From Candidatus Entotheonellaceae bacterium (GTDB taxonomy: Bacteria; Tectomicrobia; Entotheonellia; Entotheonellales; Entotheonellaceae): a stretch of 64,000 bases of DNA. The notes under the pieces were generated by a model that searched no databases, was not told the DNA's origin, and saw only the letters and a program-made list of their open reading frames with translations. The translations under genes were made by a program, and so were the position numbers. The stretch spans positions 1,504,001-1,568,000 of the forward strand of contig OZ250173.1 in NCBI GenBank assembly GCA_965238075.1, in the 5' to 3' direction. Below, piece by piece: positions 1-9,357 of this stretch (position 1 is its first letter; each line of letters opens with the position of its first letter).

Positions 1-222
1 CACTCGGCGCCGTCATCGGTGGGTGAAATCTGGCGGCGCGAGTTCGACGGCGCTTACGCGGAACGCGGCCTCTTCCTGCTCACCATGCACCCGCACATCA
101 TCGGACACCGCTCGCGTATCAGCGTTCTCGACGAGCTGATCCGGCACATGCGCTCGCACAGCGGCGTGTGGTTCGCCACGCATGCCGACATCGCCCGGTA
201 CGTCAAGGCGCAAGCGGGGTAG
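1..222 (+). CDS. Polysaccharide deacetylase (CE4, PuuE/PgdA-like), 3' end only; gene starts upstream of window
   Basis: EIWRREFD...LFLLTMHPHIIGHRSR...VWFATH is the typical C-terminal MHPHxxG / VWFAT region; TAG at 220-222. Confidence 0.8.
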   Translation, partial: HSAPSSVGEIWRREFDGAYAERGLFLLTMHPHIIGHRSRISVLDELIRHMRSHSGVWFATHADIARYVKAQAG

Positions 223-340
223 AGGACAGCCGTCATACATCAGGAAATTGAACATAGGTACCTGTATCGGCTTCGGCCGGGGTCGCTCCCCGCTATTCCG
301 GGGGCGGTTCACCCGGCCTGTTCGCGTTACAAAAGGGCGG

Positions 341-2440
341 TCAAATGTGCCGCTTCTGTAACCGCAGCGAGTTACAGACGACGAAAAGGCTGCTGACAAC
401 CATCGCCAGTGCGGCCAGAATCGGGGTCAAAATCCCCTGTACGGCCAGAATCAGCCCAATCGCGTTGTAGCAGAACGCCCAGATGAGGTTGCCGCGGACG
501 GTCCAGCGGGTTGCCCTCGCCAGCCTGATGAGCCACGGAATCTGTCGCAGATCATTGCGTAGAATGCTGACATCCGCTGTCTCCTTGGCCAGGTCTGTGC
601 CTGATCCCATGGCGATGCCTAGCGACGCCGTGGCCAAGGCAGGTGCGTCGTTGATGCCGTCCCCAATGACCCCCACAGCCCCTCGGGTCTGTTCCTCCCG
701 GACCAATTCGGCCTTCTGCGAGGGAAGTAAAGACGCCGCCGGCCTTGGGATACCAAGCATTGCAGCCACACGCTGTGTGGCCGCCTCGTTGTCACCGCTG
801 GCGAGACGGAGTTCGAGGCCCAGCCCCTTGAGTGCCTCAATGGCTTCCGGCGCTTCGGGTCGGACCTGATCGCCAAAGGCTGCCAGTCCCTGCGCCTGCT
901 CGTTCCAGGCGCCAAGAATGACTGTCAATCCGGCAGCTTCGTAGCGCCTTTTCTTCTCCCGGAGCTTGCCTGCAAGGGCGATGCCTTGCTGGCTGAAAAA
1001 ACGTTCGTTGCCCACCACCACCCGAGACGGGAATTCGCCAGGACAGGCCACTATGCCCTCGACACCCAGACCCGGCGAGGCCTTAAAATCCAGTATGGGA
1101 TGCAAGGGTAGTCCCCTGGCCGTGACCGCCTCAACGAGTCCTTTCCCCAAGGCGTGCTCAGAGTACGCCTCAACCGATGCACAGGCGCTGAGCCAGGCAT
1201 TCTGAAACGTGTCAGGCTCAACCTGCACCGCCTGAAGGGCGGCCTGTCCCATTGTCAGCGTACCCGTCTTGTCAAAATAGAGAGTTTTAAGGCCCGCCAG
1301 AGATTCCAGGGCGTCGCCTGAGCGGATGAGTACCCCGTTGGGAGCCGCTCGACCCAATCCAGCCCAAGTAGCTAAGGCGGTGGCCAAGCCCAAAGGACAG
1401 GGACAGGCGATAAGGAGGACTGACAGGGAACTCAGCAGAGCTGGCTCCAATCCATCCGGCAATCGCAGGAAACCGGTCAGACCGGCGAGGCCCACAACAG
1501 CAGGCACGAAGATGGCCGCGATGCGATCGACCAGGCGGCGTAACGGCCCGTGTGCCGCCTGGGCTTCCTCCATAAGCCGCACCACCTGCGCAAACATCGT
1601 GTCGTCGGCGCTGTGGGTAACTTCCACGATGAGGCGCCCGGCCATCGTCACCGTTGCCCGCATGACGTGGTCGCCGCGGCTTTTGCTAACCGGCGTTGCC
1701 TCCCCGGTGAGTGTCGATTCATCGACATCAGCCGCTCCCTCGATCACCTTGCCGTCGACCGGGATACGTTCCCCAGGACGAATGAGCACCTGATCGCCGA
1801 CACGTAAGGCCGCTATCGCCACCCGATGCTCCTGTCCGGCTTCGACCACGACAGCCTCCTGCGGCGCGAGGTCAAGGAGATGCTCAAGGGCTTCGGCGGC
1901 CCTGGCCTTCGCAGAGGCTTCGAGGAAGCGTCCCAAGGTGACCAGCACCAGGATCATCGTCGCGGTGTCGAAATAGATTTGGGGATTGCCGGTAAAGGTG
2001 GCATAGGTTGACGCCACATAGGCTGACACGGCGCCGAGCGCGATGAGGCTGTCCATGCCGAAAGACAGCGCGGCAATTTCGCTCAAAGCGTGTTTGACGA
2101 AAGGCCAGCCGAGGATGAACATCACCGGCGTCGCGAGGGCGAAGCTGATGTAGGCAATTTTCGGCACAATCTCAGGGTCGATTTCGGTGAGGTGGCCTGA
2201 GTACAGGAGAAGACTCAGGGTCATGACGTTCATGGCAAAAAAGCAGCCGAGGCCTAGCTTCGCCAGCCAGAAGGAGGCCTCCCCCGCTTCCCCGAGCTGT
2301 CCGGTAATCTGATACACCAGACTGCAGCCCGAACAGCAAAAGGCCATGTCCTCTCCTGCCACGTTGCGACGGTAGGGACGGGCAGGCAGCGGCAGACGGC
2401 AGTGGACACAATAGCGATGCGGGGAGTCCTTTGCGGGCAT
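341..2440 (-). CDS. ccoI: Cu(I)-type P1B ATPase, CcoI/FixI-like
   Basis: N-terminal CxHC...CCxGC domain, TGE, CPC, DKTGT, GDGIND, YN and MxxSS; last gene of a cbb3 operon. Confidence 0.85.
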   Translation of the reverse strand: MPAKDSPHRYCVHCRLPLPARPYRRNVAGEDMAFCCSGCSLVYQITGQLGEAGEASFWLAKLGLGCFFAMNVMTLSLLLYSGHLTEIDPEIVPKIAYISFALATPVMFILGWPFVKHALSEIAALSFGMDSLIALGAVSAYVASTYATFTGNPQIYFDTATMILVLVTLGRFLEASAKARAAEALEHLLDLAPQEAVVVEAGQEHRVAIAALRVGDQVLIRPGERIPVDGKVIEGAADVDESTLTGEATPVSKSRGDHVMRATVTMAGRLIVEVTHSADDTMFAQVVRLMEEAQAAHGPLRRLVDRIAAIFVPAVVGLAGLTGFLRLPDGLEPALLSSLSVLLIACPCPLGLATALATWAGLGRAAPNGVLIRSGDALESLAGLKTLYFDKTGTLTMGQAALQAVQVEPDTFQNAWLSACASVEAYSEHALGKGLVEAVTARGLPLHPILDFKASPGLGVEGIVACPGEFPSRVVVGNERFFSQQGIALAGKLREKKRRYEAAGLTVILGAWNEQAQGLAAFGDQVRPEAPEAIEALKGLGLELRLASGDNEAATQRVAAMLGIPRPAASLLPSQKAELVREEQTRGAVGVIGDGINDAPALATASLGIAMGSGTDLAKETADVSILRNDLRQIPWLIRLARATRWTVRGNLIWAFCYNAIGLILAVQGILTPILAALAMVVSSLFVVCNSLRLQKRHI

Positions 2441-3111
2441 CAGTGTGCCCCGAACGGCGAGGGAGCCCAGCCAACGGCGTGCAGGGTCGTCATGACGCCC
2501 AGAATAGCCAGCAGGACCCCTGCGGCTTGCACGGCTTTCCCCCGGGTCTCACGGCGCAGAGTTACATAACCCAGCAGAATCATGCCGGGAGCCGTGCCCA
2601 GGACCAGGAGCGCCATCGTGAAGGCGCCGGTCAGTGGCGAGCCGGTGGCCGCTGCTTGGGCCAGGAAGGCGGCGATCAGGGGACAGGGAATGAAGCCATT
2701 GAACAGGCCGAGGTAGAGCGCGGAACTGAGACGCTTGACGCGGAGCAGAGCGCCAAGCGGGCGGGTAAAGCTTTCCGTGCCGGTCAGTTGCACGAGATTT
2801 CGCGCCGGCAGGAAACCGGCCAGACACAGACCCGTAAACAAAACGAACAGGCCGGCGACGAGATCAATCACGGTGTGGAGGAACGGTGCCGGGGCGGTCA
2901 GGAGGTGGCCGCAGGCGCCGGCGACAGCGCCCAGAAACATGTAACCTGTCAGCCTGCCGCCGTGGTAGACCATATGGCCGGCGAGGCCGCGGAAGCGCGA
3001 CGTGCCAACGCCGAGGGCATTGATGCCCGCGACGAATCCCCCGCACATCCCGAGGCAGTGCAGGGAGCCTCCAGCCGCGGCCAACAGGAGCAGGGCGCTG
3101 TGCAGCAGCAT
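2440..3111 (-). CDS. TauE/SafE (DsbD_2)-family membrane protein, cbb3 assembly associated
   Basis: [11 protein letters not shown] and GFIPCPL motifs, ~6 TM segments; start set at ATG 3111. Confidence 0.8.
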   Translation of the reverse strand: MLLHSALLLLAAAGGSLHCLGMCGGFVAGINALGVGTSRFRGLAGHMVYHGGRLTGYMFLGAVAGACGHLLTAPAPFLHTVIDLVAGLFVLFTGLCLAGFLPARNLVQLTGTESFTRPLGALLRVKRLSSALYLGLFNGFIPCPLIAAFLAQAAATGSPLTGAFTMALLVLGTAPGMILLGYVTLRRETRGKAVQAAGVLLAILGVMTTLHAVGWAPSPFGAH

Positions 3112-3113
3112 GG

Positions 3114-3227
3114 TTAGTACAGGGAACCCCTGGCCAGCGCACTGAGGATGTTGAACAGGGCATCCGAGAGGAGCACCAGAAGCGCCAACCACGCCAGACC
3201 AAACAAAAGCCATTCGCCGAGCTTCAT
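3114..3227 (-). CDS. 37-aa single-TM peptide (not in ORF track)
   Basis: AGGAGA RBS then MKLGEWLLFGLAWLALLVLLSDALFNILSALARGSLY*; fills the gap between neighbours. Confidence 0.6.
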   Translation of the reverse strand: MKLGEWLLFGLAWLALLVLLSDALFNILSALARGSLY

Positions 3228-3247
3228 TGGCGTCTCTCCTCCGACGA

Positions 3248-3574
3248 TCATTTCCGCCAAGCCAGGATGGCAACCCAGGCAAAGAAAGCGACCATGCCAG
3301 CCAACATGATGCCAAAGGCGATCACCCCGTTGCGTCCCAAGGCGCTATCACCATCGGCGCCGACGAGCCCGGGTCCCAGCCCGCCCCAGTAGCCGAAGGT
3401 TGGCGTCAGACCTTCAAAAGGCCCAAAAAGATAATAGAGCGCCCAGACGAACAGGAGGGCGTATACCACCAGGAGCCACCTGTTCACCTTGCCGTGGTAC
3501 GCCTTGATTTCGCCTCCGGCGTACACTTCTACCGGATCATGCGTGTCTTCCGGGGACGTTTGCTCACGGCTCAT
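3248..3574 (-). CDS. Heme-less 2-TM protein resembling the CcoP/FixP N-terminal membrane domain
   Basis: VEVYAGGEIKAYHGKVNRWLLVVYALLFVWALYYL resembles FixP_N; GGAG RBS; no CxxCH. Confidence 0.6.
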   Translation of the reverse strand: MSREQTSPEDTHDPVEVYAGGEIKAYHGKVNRWLLVVYALLFVWALYYLFGPFEGLTPTFGYWGGLGPGLVGADGDSALGRNGVIAFGIMLAGMVAFFAWVAILAWRK

Positions 3575-3719
3575 GGCGCTCAATCTCCGTGATTTTGTAT
3601 TTGACGTCCTCAACGTTCCTGAACGCCCCGATCATGATAGCCCAGAGGAAAAAGCAGCATGCGGCCAGACCCATACAGAACGCTACCAGGAACTCGAAAA
3701 AGGTGATCTGCTCTATCAT
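3564..3719 (-). CDS. ccoS: cbb3 assembly protein CcoS/FixS, 51 aa (not in ORF track)
   Basis: MIEQITFFEFLVAFCMGLAACCFFLWAIMIGAFRNVEDVKYKITEIERHEP*; FLWA..G.F..E motif; directly after ccoO. Confidence 0.75.
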   Translation of the reverse strand: MIEQITFFEFLVAFCMGLAACCFFLWAIMIGAFRNVEDVKYKITEIERHEP

Positions 3720-3722
3720 GAT

Positions 3723-5372
3723 CTACTCCACAATGCCGAGGTGCGATTTCGACGTTGGATTGGCCATGATCGTCTGCATCTTGGCCGGATCAAAAGCCAT
3801 GCGCCAGCTAGGTGTCTGCAAATCCGGCGCATTCAACGCCGCCTTGACGGCGATGGGAAGATCGAGCTTGGCGCCGCGCAGGGTGTCGGTATAGGCGGAC
3901 AGGCTGGCTACGTAGTAAGCAATGGCCCAGCGCTGCTCCTCGCTGCGGGCCTGTCTGAACGAGGGCATCGGCGTGCCATTGAGGCCCGTGGTCATGGTCC
4001 GGAAGATGTCGGCCACCGTGGGGCCGGACTTCAAAATTCCGGTGGTGAAATCCGTCGCCTCGATCGGAAATCCCCAGTCATCGGTCAATTCGTCCGCCGA
4101 CGGCCCTTCCCCCCAAGGATACGTGAACGGTTCGCCGTCCTTTTCCCCCGGACCGCCGTGGCATTGCCAACACTTTGTGTTGACATACGTTTCTTGACCC
4201 AGCGCCACGATGTCGGCGCTCGGCGGCGGCGGCGGCGGGATATAGATGGGCGGATCGGGCCACTCATCCTCGAAGAAGGGGGAGAACGTTTTGATGTATT
4301 GAATCACTGCCCAGCGATCCTTTTCCGGTACCTCATGCCAGCTTGGCATGGCTGTGCCCCGCACCCCGCGGGTGATCGTCCGGAACAGGTCCCCATCCGT
4401 GGGTAGCGACCCTTCCGGGGTAACCCGGAACTTGAAAATGGCGTCCCGGAAGTCACGTGGCCGCTGTTCCATGAAGGTGGCAGCCGGACCATTGCCATCT
4501 CCATTGACACCGTGGCAGCCAACACAGCGCCGTGTGTAAACCGCCTTGCCCGCCTCGACCCACTCCGGTGAAGCCGGGATCGATAGTTCGGAAACGAAGA
4601 TAAGCTGCGGCCCGAATTTGTTCCGCCACTGGCCGCGATTCATCCCCAGCTTCTGGATATAGGCTACCACTGCCCGGGCTTCCTCAGTCGGGGCAACGAT
4701 GGTCACTGCCGCCTGAGAAAACGGTTCCGGCAGCAGCTCGACGGACAGCGTCGGCACGCCGTCTCGTTGTCTGGCAAAAGCCAGACCGTCCGGATTGGGG
4801 ATCAAATTGATCTTGTATGCGTCATTGAACGTGAAGAACTGGCGCAGCCCTGGGTCTTCCGCGAATTGCAGCACGCCGTCCTGTTCTTGCACGGCCACGG
4901 TTATCTGGTCGTACAGCCAGGGAAAGGCCGGCATCGTGGAGTCAGGCACCACCAATCTCGGATCCCAGTGGTGCGCGAAGTGCCAGTCGTCCCCGTACTT
5001 GAGACCAACCCGGGTGAGATCCGGGCCAATGCGTCTGGTGCTGAACAAGTGCGGCAGATCGTAGGCGTATTCCCCGGCTTGCGAAACAAAGCCCCAGCGC
5101 TGATCTTCGCCCGTAACCGGCCTGACGTATTGCGAGTGGCAGTACCAGCATCCCTCGCGGATGTAGATCTGGCGTCCCAGCCGTTCCAGTTCCGTATAGT
5201 CCTGCGCCCTATGCCAGAGCCATTTCAGTTCTCCCAACTCTGTCCGCACCACCATGGTGACCTGATCGCCTTGGGATTCGCGGATCAGAGCCGGGAGGAT
5301 GCCTTGCACAAAAACGGCCAGGGTAATAAATCCGAAGCCAGCCACCACTGCTACCGTGCGCGCGCGTTTCAT
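3723..5372 (-). CDS. ccoO: cbb3 subunit II (CcoO) fused to two extra cytochrome c domains (triheme)
   Basis: GRQIYIREGCWYCHSQYVRP...RIGPDL...MPAFPWL (CcoO), then CVGCH and CWQCH. Confidence 0.85.
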   Translation of the reverse strand: MKRARTVAVVAGFGFITLAVFVQGILPALIRESQGDQVTMVVRTELGELKWLWHRAQDYTELERLGRQIYIREGCWYCHSQYVRPVTGEDQRWGFVSQAGEYAYDLPHLFSTRRIGPDLTRVGLKYGDDWHFAHHWDPRLVVPDSTMPAFPWLYDQITVAVQEQDGVLQFAEDPGLRQFFTFNDAYKINLIPNPDGLAFARQRDGVPTLSVELLPEPFSQAAVTIVAPTEEARAVVAYIQKLGMNRGQWRNKFGPQLIFVSELSIPASPEWVEAGKAVYTRRCVGCHGVNGDGNGPAATFMEQRPRDFRDAIFKFRVTPEGSLPTDGDLFRTITRGVRGTAMPSWHEVPEKDRWAVIQYIKTFSPFFEDEWPDPPIYIPPPPPPSADIVALGQETYVNTKCWQCHGGPGEKDGEPFTYPWGEGPSADELTDDWGFPIEATDFTTGILKSGPTVADIFRTMTTGLNGTPMPSFRQARSEEQRWAIAYYVASLSAYTDTLRGAKLDLPIAVKAALNAPDLQTPSWRMAFDPAKMQTIMANPTSKSHLGIVE

Positions 5373-5385
5373 AGATGATTCCCTG

Positions 5386-6777
5386 CTAGGCCGCTGCCCG
5401 TGCCAAGCGAGGCCGCGTCGACCACACCAGGTTGATGAGCAACAGGGCCAGGCCGACGTCCATGGAAATGCCCGAAAAGGTCCTGAACCACCAATACGGT
5501 TTCATGGACACCAGCGAGTCGATCCACTCGACCCGCGACATCAACATGTAACCCTGTTGTAGTCCTTGTGCGGTCAGAATCAGCCCCATGGAGGTAATCC
5601 CCATCGTAATCAGCCAAAACGACCAGTTTCCAAGACGAAAACTCCATAGTTCGCCCCCGGTAACCCGAGGCCAGACATAGACCATACCGCCCACGGCCCA
5701 CAGCACAAAGGTACCGAAAACAGTCAGATGCGAATGGGCGATGACGAAATCCGTAAAGTGCGTGGGTTCCTGCATCGACCTGAGCGCTTCGGTCGAGCCT
5801 TGCAAACAGCCGATGAGGTACATCAAGCTTCCCGTAATCAGGAACTTTGCCGGCAAGTTCCGGCCAAAGGACTGCCAACAGCCGATCATCGTGCCGAAGA
5901 AATTCTGGAGGACGGTCCACACCGGGACGATGAGGAGCATGCTGGTGATGATCGCGATGGTCTCGGCCCAGTCGGCGATCGGACTGAACAAGTAATGATG
6001 AATACCGACAAAGGGATAGAAGAAGGCGAGGGACCAGAAGCCAATGAGAGACAGCTTATGGCTATAGATGGGATTTTGGACACTTGCCGGCAGGAAATAA
6101 TAAATCAGCACATATCCCGCCGGCGTGATCCACAGGCCGACCACGTAGTGAATGTAGAGGCCGTGGAGCGCGGCGTTGTTGATCCCGGGAATGCTGTAGG
6201 GAATGATAAAGTTGCCCAGCACCCAGTTGATATCCGTCCAGATGAACGCAGCAACCAGATACCACAGGCTCACGTAGATGCGGGGCTCTTGCCGTCGGGC
6301 TACGGTGACCAGGAACTGCACCGTGATGCCCAAGAGCGCCACCCACAGCACGATATCGATCAGCAGCGGGAACTCGGCGGCTTCCAGGCCCTGGTTGTGG
6401 CCCATGGCAAGAGAGACGAAGCCCGCTGCCAGCGTCAGGTTCCATAGCCACAGGAACCCATATCCCCAACGCTCCTTGTAGACCCGTATGCCCGCCAGAC
6501 GCGGCAGGATGTAGTAGCACAGACCGATGAACAGGGTCGAAAAGGTCCCGAAGATCACCCCATTGACGTGAATGGGGCGAATCCGGCCGAACGTCAGAAA
6601 AGGACTTGCGCCCAGGAAATCCGGATAATTGAATTTCGTTGAGGCGATGACGCCCACCACCGGGGCGAACAAGAGCCAAAAGGACCCCCAGAGAAGCCAT
6701 TGCCTGATCAGGTTCTTATCGATCAGCTCGTCATTCCTGAGGGCTATCTCCTCTGTGGATGCCATCTCCTCGGCCAT
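5386..6777 (-). CDS. ccoN: C-family (cbb3) heme-copper oxidase subunit I, divergent
   Basis: RPIHVNG, YIHYVVG, FYPFVGIHH (helix VII Tyr), IAHSH; ~12 TM. Confidence 0.88.
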   Translation of the reverse strand: MAEEMASTEEIALRNDELIDKNLIRQWLLWGSFWLLFAPVVGVIASTKFNYPDFLGASPFLTFGRIRPIHVNGVIFGTFSTLFIGLCYYILPRLAGIRVYKERWGYGFLWLWNLTLAAGFVSLAMGHNQGLEAAEFPLLIDIVLWVALLGITVQFLVTVARRQEPRIYVSLWYLVAAFIWTDINWVLGNFIIPYSIPGINNAALHGLYIHYVVGLWITPAGYVLIYYFLPASVQNPIYSHKLSLIGFWSLAFFYPFVGIHHYLFSPIADWAETIAIITSMLLIVPVWTVLQNFFGTMIGCWQSFGRNLPAKFLITGSLMYLIGCLQGSTEALRSMQEPTHFTDFVIAHSHLTVFGTFVLWAVGGMVYVWPRVTGGELWSFRLGNWSFWLITMGITSMGLILTAQGLQQGYMLMSRVEWIDSLVSMKPYWWFRTFSGISMDVGLALLLINLVWSTRPRLARAAA

Positions 6778-6796
6778 TGTCCCCTCATCGTCCCTC

Positions 6797-7639
6797 TCAG
6801 GACCACTTGATCTCGTGCTGCGCCTGAAACTGCTGACCGTGGCTGTTGGTGATCACCATACGTACAGACCCCTCCTCGACCACCCTGAGCTTCAGGGCAA
6901 TGAGAGGGTTATCACTAAGAGCGGGTGTCATCTCGTACCGGCTCACCAGACAATCCCCGTAGAACACCTGCAAGTTCTTGAGATAAAGGGGGTTCTCCAC
7001 GGCCTGGTAAAACGCTCCATCGCGCCAAGCCAGGCCCGTGCGATTTGGATGCAGAAGTTTAAGCTGCACCCGGATGACCTCTCCCGGCGTGATCCGCTGG
7101 CCCCGCACCAGCTTGGGAATGCGAATGACCGGCGGGCGAAAGCGAGGCTGCACGAACTGGCTGATCTCTTCATCCGTCGCCGTAGCACAACCCCCGGCGT
7201 CTTCGGAAACCGTAACCGAGCGCTGCGCAACCCAGCGCCCGTGCTGGTTGCACTCGGCCACGGCCACGACCGAAGAGGAACCACTATGCATGCGTGCCTG
7301 CATGCCCAGGTAGGCTTGCCCACTGCCAGGGGTCAGGTGCAAGATACCCTTGGATGGAATGGGGTCGCTCGGGTTCAGAACGTTCAGGCTGGTGATGTAA
7401 TGGTCCGGCTCCATGGGATGTGCCATTTCGACCACAATCGGCACATGGGAGCCACTATTCGTAAAGGAAGGCACTTTTAGCATGGGGAGATGCAATTGCT
7501 CGAAGGGGGTAGGATGGCGCGGGTCTTGAGGGGAACGTAACTCCCCTGCAAAAGCTTCAAACCGTTGCCCTTTCCCGTGCATCAGCAAACCGGTTGCCGC
7601 CAGGCGTGAGGCGAGACGGAACACCGCGCGCCTCGTCAT
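6797..7639 (-). CDS. Tat-exported SoxY-SoxZ-like fusion with superoxide-reductase-type metal ligands (start could be up to 7720)
   Basis: TRRAVF twin-Arg; SoxY-like domain ending V.V...GGC; SoxZ-like HPNRTG...LSDNP; HLP, HPMEPDHYI and CNQHG motifs. Confidence 0.72.
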   Translation of the reverse strand: MTRRAVFRLASRLAATGLLMHGKGQRFEAFAGELRSPQDPRHPTPFEQLHLPMLKVPSFTNSGSHVPIVVEMAHPMEPDHYITSLNVLNPSDPIPSKGILHLTPGSGQAYLGMQARMHSGSSSVVAVAECNQHGRWVAQRSVTVSEDAGGCATATDEEISQFVQPRFRPPVIRIPKLVRGQRITPGEVIRVQLKLLHPNRTGLAWRDGAFYQAVENPLYLKNLQVFYGDCLVSRYEMTPALSDNPLIALKLRVVEEGSVRMVITNSHGQQFQAQHEIKWS

Positions 7640-7736
7640 ACCCTGCGACTTGGCACCGCACTTTCCTGGGTCCCCGGGTTGCCACTGCGTGACCCCGCCG
7701 CGCATACGGCATCTCCCCATTAGGTAAAGGGCTGGT

Positions 7737-8195
7737 TCAGTGTCGGCCCGTATCCAGCTTCGACCCCTGGTTCGACCAGTAGATATAAGCCTCCAGGGCC
7801 TTCATCGCTTCCGAGTCAGAGCCAATAATCTCCCCCTCGTTCGGTTTCTCGATGCACCAGTTGATCATGTCACGCAGGGTGGCAAAGGCGTTCATCTGTT
7901 CCTGGAATTTGGGGAACTCGTGGGGGTGCGTATCCGACGCAAAGGGGTGGCACATGGCACAGGCCATCCCGGTTCTGGAAAGGTTAACCCCCATCTGTTG
8001 CGCAGTGGCGGCGTCACCATGAAAGAGCAGGTCACCCAGTCTGACTTGCTCCATGAGCACATCCTGGAACGCCTGAAGCTGTTCCGGCGTGTGTTTTGCC
8101 TTATGCGCCAGAGCCTGGTTAAGCAGGACGGTGGCGACCAGTGACAGGCTGAGGGTTACCCCCAGCACGATGAGCGCGTACCGCTTCCTCTTCAT
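7737..8195 (-). CDS. Periplasmic monoheme cytochrome c, SoxA/TsdA-like
   Basis: Signal peptide, CAMCH, FPKF, RDMINWCIE (extra Cys), ALEAYI; AGGAGG RBS. Confidence 0.75.
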   Translation of the reverse strand: MKRKRYALIVLGVTLSLSLVATVLLNQALAHKAKHTPEQLQAFQDVLMEQVRLGDLLFHGDAATAQQMGVNLSRTGMACAMCHPFASDTHPHEFPKFQEQMNAFATLRDMINWCIEKPNEGEIIGSDSEAMKALEAYIYWSNQGSKLDTGRH

Positions 8196-8211
8196 AGCCA
8201 TCCTCCTTTGC

Positions 8212-9327
8212 TCAATAAGGCCACTGACGGTCAGCAATGCGCGGGCGCAGGACCTGGTTGGCGTTGTCGCCCGTGCCGGAATCCCACGGGGCTTCCGCCA
8301 GGATATCCTTGCGCCACATCATGTACTCATGCTCGACCCGTCCGGCGGCGGTCACGTCCAATTGGGCCCAGCCGACGCCGTCAAAGTGGTCACCTGGGTC
8401 GGCCCGGATTTGCGGTGTGGTCAGGATCGGCACGCCTTCAGGCGCATACGGCCAGGGCCATGAGGTGGCGAGCATGCCGATGGAGCGCAGGTTGCCGATC
8501 TCATTGTAAAGCACCTGATGGGTGTGGCCATGGATGTTGGTGACGTTCGAGAACGGTTGCAGGATTTCGTGGACTTCGCGCCAATCCCGCACCCAAAAGT
8601 TCCATGGTGGGTAATACTCGTAGAGCGGGTTATGGCTAAAGAGCACAGCAGGTGCGTCCTTCGGCCAATCCGCCAGGGTGCTGTTGAGCCAGGCAAGCTG
8701 ATCATGGCCAAGGCCAGCCCAAGGCCCGGCTACCGAGCCGTCCAACGTCGCCATGTGACCCATGCGCTCCTTTGGGCTCATCTTTTTGACCGACCAGTAA
8801 TCCGGAGCGTGGCTTACGGTATCGAGCCCAATGAAACGCACGCCTTTATGATCGAAGCTCCACGGTGGTTTGCCAAAGAGCTGCTCCCATTTCGCGCCCA
8901 TATCCAGGTACCAGTCATGTTCCCCTGGAATGAAAACCTTGTTGATGGTTACCTGCTTGAGAATCTCGTTCCCAAGGTCGAGTTCCACCGGGTCGCCGAG
9001 TTGGGCCAGGTCGCCACCGAAAATCAGGAAATCGGCGGCAGGCTGCATGGCCTGGATTTCCTTCACGGCGCGTTCGGTCTTTTCGACAAAACGGGTATTC
9101 ACGTCTTTCGGATAGAGGTGGGTATCGGAAAGCCAGGCAAACTTGAATGACTCGGCACCAAAAGCCAAGTCAATGGTGTTGATGAGGGGAAACCATCCAT
9201 AGGTCGCAGCGCCCGCAGCACCGGCCAGAAACGATTTGTGCAGGAAAGTGCGGCGGGTGATCCCGAGCGAACGGTCGGGACGTTCTTCCGAATCCGTATT
9301 GCGATACGTGCCCTGAGATCCGTTCAT
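8212..9327 (-). CDS. Tat-exported calcineurin-like metallophosphoesterase
   Basis: TRRTFL signal; DTH, GGDL, PGEHD, SHNP, HGHTH. Confidence 0.85.
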   Translation of the reverse strand: MNGSQGTYRNTDSEERPDRSLGITRRTFLHKSFLAGAAGAATYGWFPLINTIDLAFGAESFKFAWLSDTHLYPKDVNTRFVEKTERAVKEIQAMQPAADFLIFGGDLAQLGDPVELDLGNEILKQVTINKVFIPGEHDWYLDMGAKWEQLFGKPPWSFDHKGVRFIGLDTVSHAPDYWSVKKMSPKERMGHMATLDGSVAGPWAGLGHDQLAWLNSTLADWPKDAPAVLFSHNPLYEYYPPWNFWVRDWREVHEILQPFSNVTNIHGHTHQVLYNEIGNLRSIGMLATSWPWPYAPEGVPILTTPQIRADPGDHFDGVGWAQLDVTAAGRVEHEYMMWRKDILAEAPWDSGTGDNANQVLRPRIADRQWPY

Positions 9328-9357
9328 GGTATTTACCTCCTTAAACCAGAGCCTGGG

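Noticed and set aside
5386-6777. Nitric oxide reductase NorB
   Set aside because: Helix VII Tyr is retained, there is no HLWVEG motif, and ccoO/ccoS/ccoI are adjacent
6797-9327. Canonical sox operon (soxXYZAB)
   Set aside because: The hydrolase is too short and lacks the SoxB C-terminal domain; no SoxX or SoxCD; gene symbols withheld
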